NCBI GenBank assembly: GCA_000934665.2
Contig: KZ537987.1
Location: 1-64,000 of the forward strand
Reading direction: 5' to 3'
Source: Catajapyx aquilonaris
Lineage: Eukaryota
DNA length: 64,000 bases
Shown: positions 1 through 13,524 of the stretch, one piece after another
Layout: every line of letters begins with the position of its first letter
Numbering within the stretch: position 1 is the stretch's first letter
The notes under the pieces: model-generated
The model's input: the letters and a program-made list of their open reading frames with translations, nothing else
Database searches by the model: none
Told to the model about the DNA's origin: nothing
Position numbers and translations under genes: made by a program

Positions 1-3000
1 CTGCGTCACATTACCCGTTGGGATTTCGCGTTGTTCGATCGTCTGTTTGGGTTCAGGTCTGTGGAGACCAGTATATATATATTTTTTTCCTGGGCTCCAG
101 GCTTTTTTCTTTCGTATTTTTGTTCGCGTCGATGGTTGTAACCTTTGCTGTGTCAGCAGTGGCGACGTCACACTGCGGACGAAATATTCGCTAAATTATT
201 TTACTTCCATTGCACCAATTATATTAAATGATCGTGCACGACAGCCGTTTAAAAGAGATTGACCTAACCACACACTCTAATGAACCACAGTGCCTGGCAG
301 GGATCGTTGACATACAGTGTAGCTTCTGGCGAAAACCCCCCGAGTACTCCCCACGGTTCACACCCTGATTAGTTTTGTAAAAAAATTATTCATGACTTTT
401 GCACGGCATTACACTTCAACTGCACGTGCACGACACTGGTTTCACGAACTGCCGATTTATTCACACGAAAGTGCACTGAACTGCACCCCCTCCTCTCTCT
501 CTAAAAACCCGGCAGCAACGTTTTCGTATCACCGAGCTATGCATACAAAGCGACTAATGAATTGCACAAATCGCTCACATAAAGAGCAAGTGTATCGCGC
601 ATTTTTAGGTTGGGGGATGGAAAAGTAGGGTCGCAATTTTTTTTTGGAGGGGGGAGGTGCTTGGTATTAGTTGAATAAGGACATCCTCCGTGTTTAATCC
701 TAAGCAAAGCGGCGGAACCGGTGCAGAAAGGGTGCAATCTTCCGCAAGGAAAGAGCTGGAAGCACGCCTGGGCGTTTGAGCAATTTTTGCATTATTCAGT
801 TTACCAACACGGTTCATTATTTTAGAGAGCAATATTGCGAGCTCCCCCCCCCCCACCCCCCCTACTCCCCAATGGCGATACGCTTGTATGGCCCTGGAAT
901 ATATGCTTGGTGCTCCGTATCGGAAAGTCATGCGGGCAATGTATGTGTGTGTGTGTGGGAGTCGCCATTCCATGGCCGTATCATGCCCCGCCGATGGAGA
1001 TTAGCAAGGCCATAAAAAGGAACTAGTTTTGCAACTGCAGACCAATCGCATTAAAATTGATGGCATTTGGGATAATTAACATGCACCCCTGAGGATAAAT
1101 TCACTCCGCCTACCTCCACATTTTTTATTGTTTTTTTGTGATTTAAATCGTATAGCGTTTGGAGTTGAAATCTTGTGTAAGAGTCTGGCAAATCCATCGG
1201 ATTGAGGGGCAGGCTTGCAAATCAAGGGCGTTGTTTTAATACCGGTGGTGCAGCCGATTAGATGAACACGGTGTACCTAATGACTGTTGTACAGTGCATG
1301 TTCAGGGCGACGTGAGAGAGCCGGCCAAACGGCAACAAGTGCGAAAGAGGACAACTAAAGCCAGCTGGCCTACAAGGTAGCAAATTAACGCTGCCCATTG
1401 ATAATGAGTCGTAATCAAATCGATCCGGTCTTGCGTGGGGCTACCTGAGTGTGTGAGAGTGGGTTCACGTGTTACCGGCTGAAGATTACTGACAAGGGAC
1501 ACTGTTTGTACTCCCAGGCCATGCGTTTTTACCAGGGACTGTCATAAAAATGGAGGGGGAGGTCGCACTCTGATTTTTTGGGCTTGGGTTGACGCCAGGA
1601 AACAACAGTACCCGGTGCCATCTTGATTATGACAGAGTATGGTGGCATGTGGTTCACCTTTGATGTGGTGGGCATGTGAGCAATTAAGGGAGTTTTGCAG
1701 GGGGTTATTATTTTTATTCAATTTGTAGGTGCGAGGGTAATAAACCCCGTGCGGATTATTAAGTATGGGTCATTTAATATTGAAATGTTCGTGTGCTTGG
1801 AAAGTGGCTTCAATCAGTGAGGAGATGGAGACATTAACATGGCGATTGCACATGTGTACCACGATTGTTCACTCCACGAACCATTAAATAGCAATAAGTC
1901 GGTAAAAAAGACTTCCCCGAAAAACATGCGGTCCGTAACGAGGTGTGTAATAAATAAATTAAATTCGGGATAAATAGAAACAAAGTACAGTTCATAGAAG
2001 TTTCTGCATATGCAATCCTTAAATTTATGCTTTTTAAATTCATAATATATCATCCATGTAATTTTTTTCAATTGACTGGCATTTCAAGTGGACATGTGAG
2101 ATTTCAATCAATTTTTGGTTCCGTATTCTCACTTTAAAATGCACATTTTTACTTCTGGATAAGAATTGAAGTTGGTGCATTCTTGGGTTCTTCCTTCTTT
2201 ATTTATTTTTTTCCCTTTCTTACTTGGTGGCCTCCGGAGGGAAGGCAGTAAATGCGACAATTCGCGTGTGTGTAGTATTGAATTTTGACACAACACCCTT
2301 GAGATTCCGAAAGGTGGAGGCCGGAAATTGCATTTTATACGAATAGAGCTGGAGCTTCCTTGCGGAGGAAGCCGCCTACAAAAAAAAAAAAAGAAATTGA
2401 ACCCGAAAAAAGTCAACACATACTAATAATCACTTCTTGTATAGTGGTCAGTCAAACTATTTCTTTAAGATGCTGGGTACAATCTTTGCTAAAAATTTTG
2501 AGATGCATAGTGTTATGTATGTAGGTATGTGGTGCACCCTTGGGATTCAGCATAGCTAGAAGAGGGCTAGGCCAGACCGCTGAGGTGGGTTCGTTAGGCG
2601 GGCCCGGAGGACGAAACGACCCAGGCATACCAAACGAAGCCTTCCCCGCAAATTTCGTTTGAGACTAGACGTGGTAAGGGAGGGTGAGGAGGCGACTCCC
2701 CAGTTGTGTCTGGGGGGTGATGACAAGGCACCCCCAGAACACGGGTTGTCACTTCAGGTGGCTGGAAATGGTGTGGCCTTAGTTGCTTTGGCTTGCTCCC
2801 AATCAATCAACTACAAATTGTTGTTTACACCATGTACAGCAGGTTGGACTTGACGAAGTTTTTCAGCCAAAAATTTGGCTTGTTACAGCCTGAATTGGGT
2901 TCTTATATGCCTTCAGGATCTCCGGATAGTAAAAAAATCCGGGTGCCTCGCTAGAAATTAATCTCATCCTAATCTAATCCACTCCGGGAAAAAAATCCGG

Positions 3001-4622
3001 ACAATACAGGCATTTATACGGAACCTTACTTCCGGATTCCGCGTCCCTGGCACCTAATGGAGTAATGAGATTTGCATGTAATAAAGCAAGCAAATCAGCT
3101 GTTCCGAAGCGCCCTCCTTTTCGCAATCCCCCCATTTTTTTTTCGCGAGCGTGGGTTGTGCGTTACTGTACCAGGATTAAGTTTGCTCAGTCGTAATTGA
3201 AAGTTTTCTCCTGTTACCGTCATCCTAGGGAATCTGCAATTTCACCCAGTCCGCACCGGTGGGATGACACTGAGGGGTAGGTCCGGGGTATGAACCACCC
3301 CCTGGGAAAAACCCTACCTCCCCTTCGAAAAAAAAAAAAAAGTTAGAACCTGGAGGTACCGGCTGCGCAGAAATGGTAGACAGAGCTCTGGGTTTTTGGG
3401 TTGGAAGAGAAGGCGACGCTGGAGAGAGAGAACAAAAATATTGATCTCCATTCGCGAAGAGAGCAGTTGCAGTCGGCTGAGCTGTAAAATTCCTGCCAAC
3501 TTTCCCGAATTGGTTAGCGGTAGGGGAAGGAAGGGTTATGGGCCATGTCAGAGTTTGGGGGGAGAACAGTATAGGGGGATGTATCTAACTTTATAGAAAA
3601 CCCGCATTGGCAAGGTGCGCTAAAGTTTGAAACCCAGCCTCATACTGCACAACATCCTTTTTTGTGTTGAATATAAATCAGTCGCCTATAGATGAATTTG
3701 CAACAATAACATAAAGGCTGGCACGCACCAGCACTGGAGTAATTAACTAGGTCAATCCCGTGGGTGGTTATGCGTACAGTATACATTGCCTCGAGACATA
3801 TATTGTTGCGCAGTGAAACACCCACACAGGTGTGTACAAACTTGAATCAAAATATTACTGCATGTTTCGTGTTAATTTATTTAATTGCTTTGCCTGCTGG
3901 TTCAATTTAGTGAAAAAGACGATGAATTTGTTTTCATTTTAAATAAATGCAAAATATTGAATATTGAGGGACTCTTTGAACTTCTAGTGCAAAAAGTGTC
4001 CACCTGGAATTCGTTTATCTGGATTCCCGTGGATAGCCCTAGGATTTTTCCGGATCCCTCTTGGATATGCCCGGATTCTCAAGCGATTTCGCCATCGCTA
4101 TCCAGAAAAAAAAGTTGAATACGTGTATATTTTTGCAATGCTGATACTTTCTCCTGCAACAGAACGGTGTTGCTCCGGTATTGCGAAATAAATATTCTAA
4201 CATTACGTGGCTCATACCGGAATGTAATATGAAAGTGAGGACCATAGCTAATTAGAAATTCCATCGCACGTGACAAGTGATGGGAAAAAGCCGTCCGAAT
4301 CCCACTTAATCCAGTAGACGTGAGGTCCTTAAAGGGCGTCGAGCGCAAAGAGTGCGAACAACACCCTTATTCCCCTCCTCCTCCTCTCTACTTGGGTCCC
4401 TTTCCGCAGCAATTTCATTAATCTAATGACTCTTTTACAGGCCCAAAACGCGTGCAGATGGTGAGCTGAAGAGCGCCGCCGGAACTTTTAAAAAAAGGTC
4501 TGAAAAAAGGGGAGCTGCGGAGGAATCTTCTAACGCGGTAAGTCCGATTTTTTTGAGTCATCCTATTGTCATTTGCACCCAATGGTCGCATATAAACTGA
4601 AAAATAGCAATATTGCTCCTCA

Positions 4623-5577
4623 AACTAATACTGATCACTACTACTTGATTTATGTTATTTTAGACCGCTGCTATGCTACTGGCTGAAAGTAGCACAGGCG
4701 ACTCCGGATTAACTAATACTGATCGCTGCTATTTCTTGCTGTTATTCTTCAATCGCTGCTATCCTACGGGCTGAAAGTAGCGCAGGCGATACCAAATTAA
4801 CTAATACTGATCACTGCTATTTCCTGCTGTTATTTTCTACCGCTGCTACGGGCTGAAAGTAGCACGTGCGACTCTCTAGGTTAACTAATACTGATCACTG
4901 CTACTTGATAGGTGTTATTGTTCCACCGCTGCTATGGGCTGATTTTTTTTTTTTTTTGAAGTACCCCGTGATGACCTGTTTCGTCTATAGGGGGGTGGAT
5001 TACCACCATTGGAGGGAAAGGGCTGTTGTCTATTTTTGAATACGCCCGGACCCACGGGCAGGGAAACTGGGAGGGGATGTGCAAAGTGCATGTGCACAGA
5101 CGTTGATGTGCCGTTTTGTGAACTCCCCCGGGTGGCATATGTGGAAGGATCGCCACCCGAAACGAAGCCAGAGACGGTCTTACTCTGCGCGAGATGAAGG
5201 GGGGAACCCCGGGTTGGGATCGAACCCGGGACCTTAACATCCGCGGGCGCATACGTTACCGCAGCGCCACTTCGCCTCCCCGCTACGGGCTGAAATTAGC
5301 ACACGCGACTCTCTAGGTTAACTAATACTGATCACTGCTACTTGATTGCTGTTATTGTTCCACCGCTGCGCTGCTACGGACTGAAAGTAGCACGTACGAC
5401 TCTCCAGGTTAACTAATACTGATCACTGCTATATCATGTTGTTACTTTTCCACCGCTGTTACGGGATGAAAGTAGCTCAGGCTGTCCGGGTTAACTAATA
5501 CAGATCACTGCTACTTGATTACTGTTATTTTTCCACGCTGTTATGAGTCGAAAGTAGCACAGGCGGCTCTCTAGGCC
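4623..5577. repeat. Diverged tandem array of 7 units, ~82-91 bp each, interrupted by a SINE in unit 4
   Basis: Units begin AACTAATACTGATCACTGCTA (or a close variant) at 4623, 4711, 4799, 4883, 5320, 5411 and 5493 and share ...CCGCTGCTACGGGCTGAAAGTAGCAC...CGACTC. Unit 4 is 86 bp once the insert and one TSD are removed. Confidence 0.92.
4943..5281 (-). mobile_element. tRNA-derived SINE, ~339 bp, apparently full length, with A15 tail and 12-bp TSD
   Basis: The minus strand starts GGGGAGGCGAAG-TGGCGCTGCGG (A box, 5259-5269) ... GGTTCGATCCC (B box, 5216-5226) and ends in A15 (T run 4943-4957). Flanked by GCTATGGGCTGA (4931-4942) and GCTACGGGCTGA (5282-5293). Confidence 0.9.
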
Positions 5578-8500
5578 AACTGACCAATCTTGCTTCATCA
5601 CATGCAGGTCATGAAATATGCAGCGGCCCGTAGGGGAGCCTTGTCTGCACTACTAATAAATAGTATCGGGGCGAGAGCTAGCCTCGTTTTTGTTGCTATC
5701 TCTGGCTTGTCAATGCCTGACCGCCATTTTCCTTGTGGCGTGAAGATTAGGAGTGTTATCGGTTACCGGATAACTTGACGATTAAAATGCGGTGATGAGG
5801 ATTTTGGGATCCGGACTAATGGACATGGGTTTTGAGGGTAACCGTCGAGCGGGGTGAACACGAGCCGCGATTGGCCACGGGGAGGTGAAACTAGAAACCG
5901 CGTATCCGGAACCAATATACGGTGAGGGGCCCGGATGGGTGATGACTGCTGTTATAGTCCGCCCATCATGGGAGGGGTTTAGACGCCGCCAATCTTTTTT
6001 CGGCTCAGAAAAGTGCTAGCGATAGACGTCTGAGAGCAAAGGTTGGCAACCCTACATGAATAGTGTATACAGTGCAGCTTATTGAATCTTAAAAAAAAAA
6101 TCATTGATCACTCTTCTGTGAAACAAGATCTGTGTCTTGTGTTAGTGTAACATTGTCAGACGTCAAAAGTGTCAGGTCGGGTGCTATTCAGGTCTAAATC
6201 ATACTATTTTTTTTCGTTGCATAAACAGGTGGGACAGCCCACTCATTGTAAAACCGGTCTTGAGAGCTCCACCTTATTATTATGGATTTGAGAAACTTGC
6301 GGGGAATTATTTTGAATGCTATTAGGACTTTAGTGCGCTTGTTGTACGTACCAACTGCTGCCTTTTGACGTCGATAAAAGGCGAGATTTGTTCACGTCGC
6401 GACACTCGCGAAGTCATAATCATTCTTGCCGTCAAATGGACTCGGGTCAATTGTTCCTTCCAAAGAGGCTTAATTAGCGTTAGGAATTAATGGCCGCCCA
6501 TTTCCTTATATTCCACGTCGCTTAATTAAAGGAACTGCCTCTTAAAAGGGTGGCGCCCTGCCGAATTCCTTGTGTCAATTCATCAATCGTGATCGATTCT
6601 GACGCTGGTGTTTCATCGGTTTTGACTGTTGGCTCTCTGGAGGGTTTTGGTCCCCACATCCGATGATGATGGGGGAAAGGAAGGGGAGAAGGATTTGGTT
6701 TCGATTGAAATGAAATAAAAAAAAGAGAAGGTGAGGGCTGGCTGGAGTAGGATATGGTGTGTAGAGAGAAAGGGAGACTTGGGATCCGCAGGAGCGAAAA
6801 AAAGAAGACTTCAATACCAGACACTTTGATATGAAAATCGTTTCACCCGGATTACTTTCATGTCTGGAAGGTTGGCTTCGCTTTGATGTCTATGTTAGCG
6901 TTTGCAGAAGCTGAGAGAGAGAAGGGAGAGAGGAGATATCTAGTTTCAAGCATTGCTCTCTCTCTCTCTCTCTCCGAAAAATCACGACGTGTGTTACTTC
7001 TCACCGAAGTCGCGTCCGGAATCATTATTAGGTTTCTTATAGGCACTTTCCGCAAGAAAGAAAAGCGAGTCGGAAAAGAAGCCTGGAATTTTTTCGAGTT
7101 ATATGTCGTTTACAGCCATCCGAAACTATCACCAAAATTTACCGTAAAACTATATCTACCTCTGCTGCAGTGCGCCATTGCAGAGTAATCATTAGTACAG
7201 TCTAATTGCTTGAAATCGCTGACTTTCAATGCAATGCTGGACCCCCCCCCCCTTTTTTTTGTATCGGTGGCGAATTGTTTCGAGTTCGAATTTTTTGGCT
7301 GGCCATGTTCAAAAAGCCGGTTGACATGTTCCAATTGTTCACGTTAGGCCCGAGTGTACAGGTATGCAGTAATTTCCTGTCGAATTAAACGAGGGCTATT
7401 CGACAGTCAAATACCGACGTTGTTTCGAGTTGGGTAGAGGTGCAGCATCAGGTGATGTGGGATGCTCGAATTAGTATAAATACCCTTCAAATGTTTACGC
7501 GTGGCCGGGAGGTAACGGCGGTTAAATTACATTGTGACATAGTACACGCATCCCTTGCTGCCTACCTTTTAATTTACGCTAACTACCGAGAGCGTGGAAA
7601 TAGCGCATTAATATTTGTCTTTCATCGTCCACATCAATTACTCATGCGTGGAACAGCGTGGTTCGTCTAATTCGAGGTGTTTCTCATTTGCCTGCACGTG
7701 TGTGCATACTGAAAGCAGTGTAAATAAAAGAGGGCATATCGCATGGAAGCGTACGTGCTATCAGGGTTGGGGGACGTGAAAAAAAAACCCTGTGCCAATT
7801 GATGCCTGTCCTTTTTCTGTAGTGTGACCGGATTGATTCGGCACGTTCCAGTTCGTCCCCATAGTTTCCTTTCATTTCGAATCATTTTTAGTCTCGAAAC
7901 TACGCTCACAGAGTATTCCGACCAACATCGTACAACAATGGCTCGTTCCCTCTTCAACATGTAGGCCAACTTCCTGAAGTGATTTCCTCCCAGCTCAAAC
8001 TTGGCCCAACTTCGTTTTACGCGCTTGTACACTGTATCAAGCCGGGCGGCACGAAAAGGAAACCGTTCTCTCTCAGAACCGTTTGATGTAATAATGGTGA
8101 GGGAGGGAGACCCTGGTCTTTATTACACTGCATGTCACTGCACACGACCCCTCTTTCTTTGTCCTTAAAAAATATATATATATAACAGTTAAGCCAGTGC
8201 ATCGCTCTAATGACGTCACCCGGAATAGGCAGGAGTCGGAATGGGCCCTATAGGCCACGCCCCGTTTTTGCCACGGCCTTTACTGACATGTTGGTGCTGA
8301 AAAGTGGCGGAATGCGTATTTATATATCAACTCGTTCACACACATTTCTTACATTTCCACATGAATTTTGTATAACATGTTTTCTCGCAATATTTTGTCA
8401 GTTGGGAAGTGGATAGCACACATTTAAAATGAATGCATAAAAATTTCGTCCCTTATTTGAATCCATACTGGGCTGATGAGGGGCATGGCAGGCAATCACG

Positions 8501-9835
8501 ACCAAAGTTGGGCCTAGCATAGCGTGACGACGTTTGGCCCTGCGGCTTCAACTTATGAACTTTGGCGCCCTCTGGCAAGTGGGGGGGACGGGTGTGTAAT
8601 AAGCAGTAACGGTCACAGCTGCAGGCCTGATGGTTGGGGACGCCATGTTTAGCTGCCAAACGGGGCATCTATACGGATGATGCCATGGGAAGAGGAGGGG
8701 GAGAGGGGGGGTCATTTTGGGGAGCACTATCACTTATTTAAATTTTATGGCAGTTGCCCCTGTACACGCGACTGATTCGGTTCAGACAAGCCCCGTGCGG
8801 TGGTATAAGTGGGCTTGTGGAAGGCAATATTTTATCATGGGGGGGCACCCAACACTAGAAGCGGAGGGTTGTAATTTTTTGGCGGGGACCCAGTTGTATA
8901 TCGACCCACGATTGACCTGTCCTCGTCGTGTGGGGTCCAAAAAGAATAAAAAAGGAGAGGGGTGCATGGCCTCTGATTTGCGGCTGATTGAAACGCGGAA
9001 AAAAAATTCACTTAGGAGCCCTCATAAAAAATGGGTGCGTATTGAACAATTGAATGACAAGTACGGCGTGGAAGCCGGTATGGATTTCTAGGGGTAGTGG
9101 AATTACGGTGTTGTAAAATTCAGCGATATGTGTATGCGGCCTGTCCTCATGCGAGCAGGGCAGGACAGGGCTGCGGAGGTATATATAAAAAAAAGGCAGA
9201 TAAAATGCAGGCAGAATTGCAGAAACCGGCAGGGGTACTTTGTGCGGATCCGAATCCGCTTCCTGCTTTGTTATATAGTTACACCGTTACACCAGGAATG
9301 TCCGATTCATTGGTGCGAAGAAGGCTGACCTCTTGGCTGGCTTCAGTCGACGTGTACTGCACTACGTGCGCTGTTGAGCACAGGAATAAATGGAAGGGCT
9401 TTGTGTAGAAAGTGCTCCTAGTTAAAGAGGATGGTATAGGGAACAACTGCTGAAGAGAACAATACAAGTAACTAACGGAACACCCTGTAGACTGGACTGT
9501 GTTTTTTGAAGAAAAGTAACGCCGACTGTAACGTACAAAAAGCGACGCTAAGGGAGGTTAGGCCAGTCGTACATTCCTTCGAAGTAGCCGCAATATTAAC
9601 GCCACGGTCCCCTGACCGCAGTTCGCGGAGAGTATTTGTCCGTAAAAGCGAACAAGTAGTCAGTTAAAGCCAAAAACATGTACCCAGCAGACCTATGTAA
9701 TATACGAGCGAAAATTTTGCAAAAGCTATACTGTACTATACCCAGTAAGTAATGAATATATTCTATTTCACCTGTGTATGCTCTCGGTCCAAATCACGCT
9801 TAGGCGAATTTGTACTTTTATTAGTATCTTGCATA

Positions 9836-9905
<70 letters not shown>
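9836..9905. repeat. (TAC)n microsatellite, ~23 copies
   Basis: Uninterrupted tactactac run. Confidence 0.97.
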
Positions 9906-9906
<1 letters not shown>

Positions 9907-12900
9907 AGCCTAAATTGTATTTTGTAAATAAATACTTAGTAGGTGGATCCGAATTAGTCGTTCTGATTGGTTGGCCGGAAATATGGCCGTATATATGGAC
10001 ATAGCTACTGGATATGAACAACAACAAAATTGGCATCGATAACTACATTGCAGAGAATGGAGAGGGGGCGAGTCAAACGTTTGAATCTTTGATGTGGGAA
10101 GATTGATCAGCACCGGACATTTTTTTTGACCATTTTCTGCGCCAGTTGGATGGGTGGGGTGGTGGTGGGCAGTGCGAAAATTGGCGTCATCAACTGACAT
10201 CCCCCCCCCCCCCTCTCTCTCTCTATCCATCCGTCGGGTTCTCAATATAGGTATAGCCGCCCGTGCTGTTTTGCTTGTATAGCATGTCGTGCCGCTGTTG
10301 GTAATTTATTTATTTGCACACTCTCCTCCGCGTTTGCAAATCAATAATTTGCTTTGAACGCGCATTCCGACTACTTCCCGGGGATTCGTGAATGCGGGAG
10401 TGTGGAAAATTTAATTTTCACCCCCCCCCCCTCCCCCCTCACTATCCACCACCACCACCACCTATATTCAACCCCCCCACTGCAAACGTCCCAAGTGTTT
10501 CGCATCGGGGGGCGTCCATCTGGGATTAGAAGAAACTCCCAGCTCTCCATTAATGGCAAATGGATTGTCGGACCCATTTTGCGATCGCTGACTTCACCTA
10601 ATGACCCGTCACCGAGACTCTGCTGGGGATACCTTCCAAAACCGGACCCCTTTTTTCTCTCTCTCTCTCTCTCTCGGTTTTTCCATCACGAGCCACTATT
10701 GTTGGGGGAACCTAATGATTTTATCAGGCAATTAAATTATTTGGAAATGTGCGAAGAATTTATTTGAACAATTTTTTTCTTCTTCATGTGTGGGTCAATT
10801 TTCTGGCGGAATTTCTGGCTAGGGTTTGCCCCCAACTGAGTGCAGAAGCGAGCCAGAGAGAGAGAAAAAAAAATCGATGTGTGTGTGTGTGTGTGTGTAC
10901 ATATATGCCACACCCAGCATGGGCAATTAATGAGGACAGTGAGTAGGCTTACTCACATCAGGGGAGCTGTTTTTTCGTTTGTCGCCTCTTCCATAAGCAC
11001 TACTCAAATAGACCCGGCAACAACATTCGGGGGGGTTCGTCGGAACATTATCCTACACATGCGTGTATTTTGGGGGCTATATGCGAGCAGTTTTTTTTTT
11101 TTTCCAGAGAGCCCCCCCAAACCCCCTCATCCCATGCCAGCGATATGCATATAAATGAAGCGCATTGAATTATTCTAATACGTAGGTATGCAATTACGAG
11201 GCAGGTTTACGCTATCGTATTCATTATCGGCGTATTGTTCCGTCATTTATTAAGCAGTGCTGGGGAATTGACCTTTGCTGTGAAAAGTGATCGATCTTGT
11301 AATTTTTGATGCTTCAGGTGAATCTTCCGCTGATATATTTGGGGGGGTGGAAAGGAACCGAATTTTTGGAACCGATTTTTAGCCTCCAGGATGAACGGTG
11401 TGGAAATCAAAGAAGTGAAAATTGAATCGGGGGAGGGGGGTAATAAACCTCGTTAGTTCAGACTGCGGTAATAGGAAACCCCTGATAGTTCGAACAAACA
11501 CACATCATAGACTGCTTTTTTTTTCGTGGGTGCCCAATTCGACTCCCCGTTAATTTTAATGAGCTTGCTCAGCAGGTAGGGGGATATACTGTAACTGTGT
11601 GCAGTACCATGTGACCTCATTCGTCCTGACTCATCACTCCAGGAAATGTCATCAGTGATTTCTAGTCTTAGGATATATCCATATTTTGACATATATTGTT
11701 TACCCCAGCCACCACTTTCCTGGGATGACAAATCACAATTTCTACTAAGCTATATGGTGTACTAGCCTTGTATAGAGTGACCAGCAGTTCCAATCAAAGT
11801 AAGAGGGGGCATCCACACGCACTATTCTTTGAAACGCTCGGATCAATGCTGGGGGCTATTTGCGAATTGGCGCACATACACGTCCTAGTTTCTTTGCTTT
11901 TCATCAGGTATGTACGGGGTCCCTGACAACTCCGAGAGCGATGTGATGGACATCCCTTCACGAGTAAAATGCACCCCTGCCATTTGACTTTGGGGGCAGC
12001 TGGCAATAAGCGTCCATTCGCAGTGGATCACGAATTGATCATGAGAGTCAATCGCCCATTTTAATGACTCCTGGAATGATCCCCCTCCTTTCCCTCCAAC
12101 TTTTTTTTTTTTCCTCCAGAGTTCTATGTCTCTCTCCGGAGAGTTTTCTGTGGAGCCCCCCTGGCGTAAATCAAATGGGGCGGAGACATCATCACCCTTT
12201 ATGGCTCTGGCCCCCTCATCAGATGAAGCCCTTGAGATGTGCAAGTTTTATTATCATCTTTGGGAGTTTGAATTGCACTTGGGAACAAGTGACTGAGGCC
12301 TCCCCTAGTTCAATTAAAAGCAGGGGTACCACAGAAGTTTCCACAATCTCGGGAGCATTTATTTTGTCCAATGCTGCAAACAATATTCAACAAACCAACC
12401 TGCTGATGGCGGGAACGTGACAACAATTTTTTTCCCCGATCTCATCATCATGTTTTCACTTACGGAGCCGTATAAACTTGGCGAAATCGATGACCTGTTG
12501 TCCCATTGTGCGTGACAGGTTTCGCCGCGCCAAAAAAAAAAGTGATCTGATTGACAAATAGCTCGAAAATGAATGGCACTGATATAAAGTGCGGAGCAGA
12601 GACGGAATGATAATTCGCCCTGTTACGGATCTAGGATCATTAGCAATTTTTCTCCCCCTTCCATGACGTGAGGGTCATAATTTTTGCACAGTTTAACCTG
12701 TGGGTTGGATTTTCTCTTCACGATAATTTTGCAAGCCTCTGGCCATATTGAATTAAGGCCCCCGAAAAAGTTTTTGAGGGGAAACTCCTCCAATGGTTTC
12801 TATGACTGAATAATCAATCGTCATGACTTTCCCACATCTTCCGTGCCGAAATTAGGTCCCAAGTTGGCTGTTTTTGGTATAAAGGTGGGGGGGCCAAAAG

Positions 12901-13495
12901 TAGAAGTCGAATTGGTTGAAAGTAAGGCCTCCCTCCCCCCTCCCACACATACAGTGTCAATATTTGCAGCGTGCAGACTCTTCCTGCGGCCACCTGTCTC
13001 ATGCGATATTCAGCGGTGTTTTGTAGCCATACTTTAGCCTATTTACTCTCGAATTCAGGGGGCGAACAATAGCACCGGAGAAATCCATATATAGAGTTGA
13101 GTACGAAAGCAATCAACTTTGGTGGGCTCTATTTCGGGTTGATGTATGGGAATAGAATTGTGCCTGTTTCATGGCCACATTCCTATTTACAGTTGCATGA
13201 GCAAAGGGGGGGAGGGAGTAAATGCACGTCTGTGAATGTTGAATTGTGCGTCGCACACTGAGGAAAGTGAACTGTCATTAATTATACAAGACGAACTGAA
13301 ACCTGGTTGTTACAATGTGAGCGATACTTTTGTCCGGAGTGTATACGCGGTTGATATTGCATTGATGCATGTACGAAAAAAAAGTGCATGCAATCATTCA
13401 GCTCTACTTACGTACTATGAAAGTACGCACGTTTTCTCGGGCCAACGTCGTTTTAAAATGACTTACAAAGGTGACTTAAGTGGGGGGCGGGGTAA

Positions 13496-13524
13496 GCAGT
13501 GTTGCCCAAATTTGGCAACACTGC
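13496..13524. repeat. 29-bp near-perfect palindrome, possibly the collapsed termini of a CAGTGTTGCC-ended DNA element
   Basis: GCAGTGTTGCC-CAAATTT-GGCAACACTGC has 11-bp perfect arms. The transposon origin is inference. Confidence 0.55.

Noticed and set aside
2587..2622. Hammerhead ribozyme suggested by GAGGACGAAAC and a GGGTTCGTT/AACGACCC stem
   Set aside because: The required CTGANGA core is absent at the proper position.
5205..5281. SINE head as a functional tRNA gene
   Set aside because: A and B boxes are present, but the acceptor and anticodon stems do not pair convincingly, and it is fused to a body, an A tail and TSDs.
4623..5577. ~86-bp periodic array as a repeat-spacer (CRISPR-like) system
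   Set aside because: The intervening segments are homologous to each other rather than unique spacers.
7085..7440. TTCGAGTT-rich stretch with a 9-bp inverted repeat as a pogo-like MITE
   Set aside because: No pair of termini or TSD could be defined.
6522..7875. Short minus-strand peptides MWGPKPSREP... and MKGNYGDELE... as alternative first exons
   Set aside because: No strong GT donor and no recognisable homology; cannot be supported from sequence alone.
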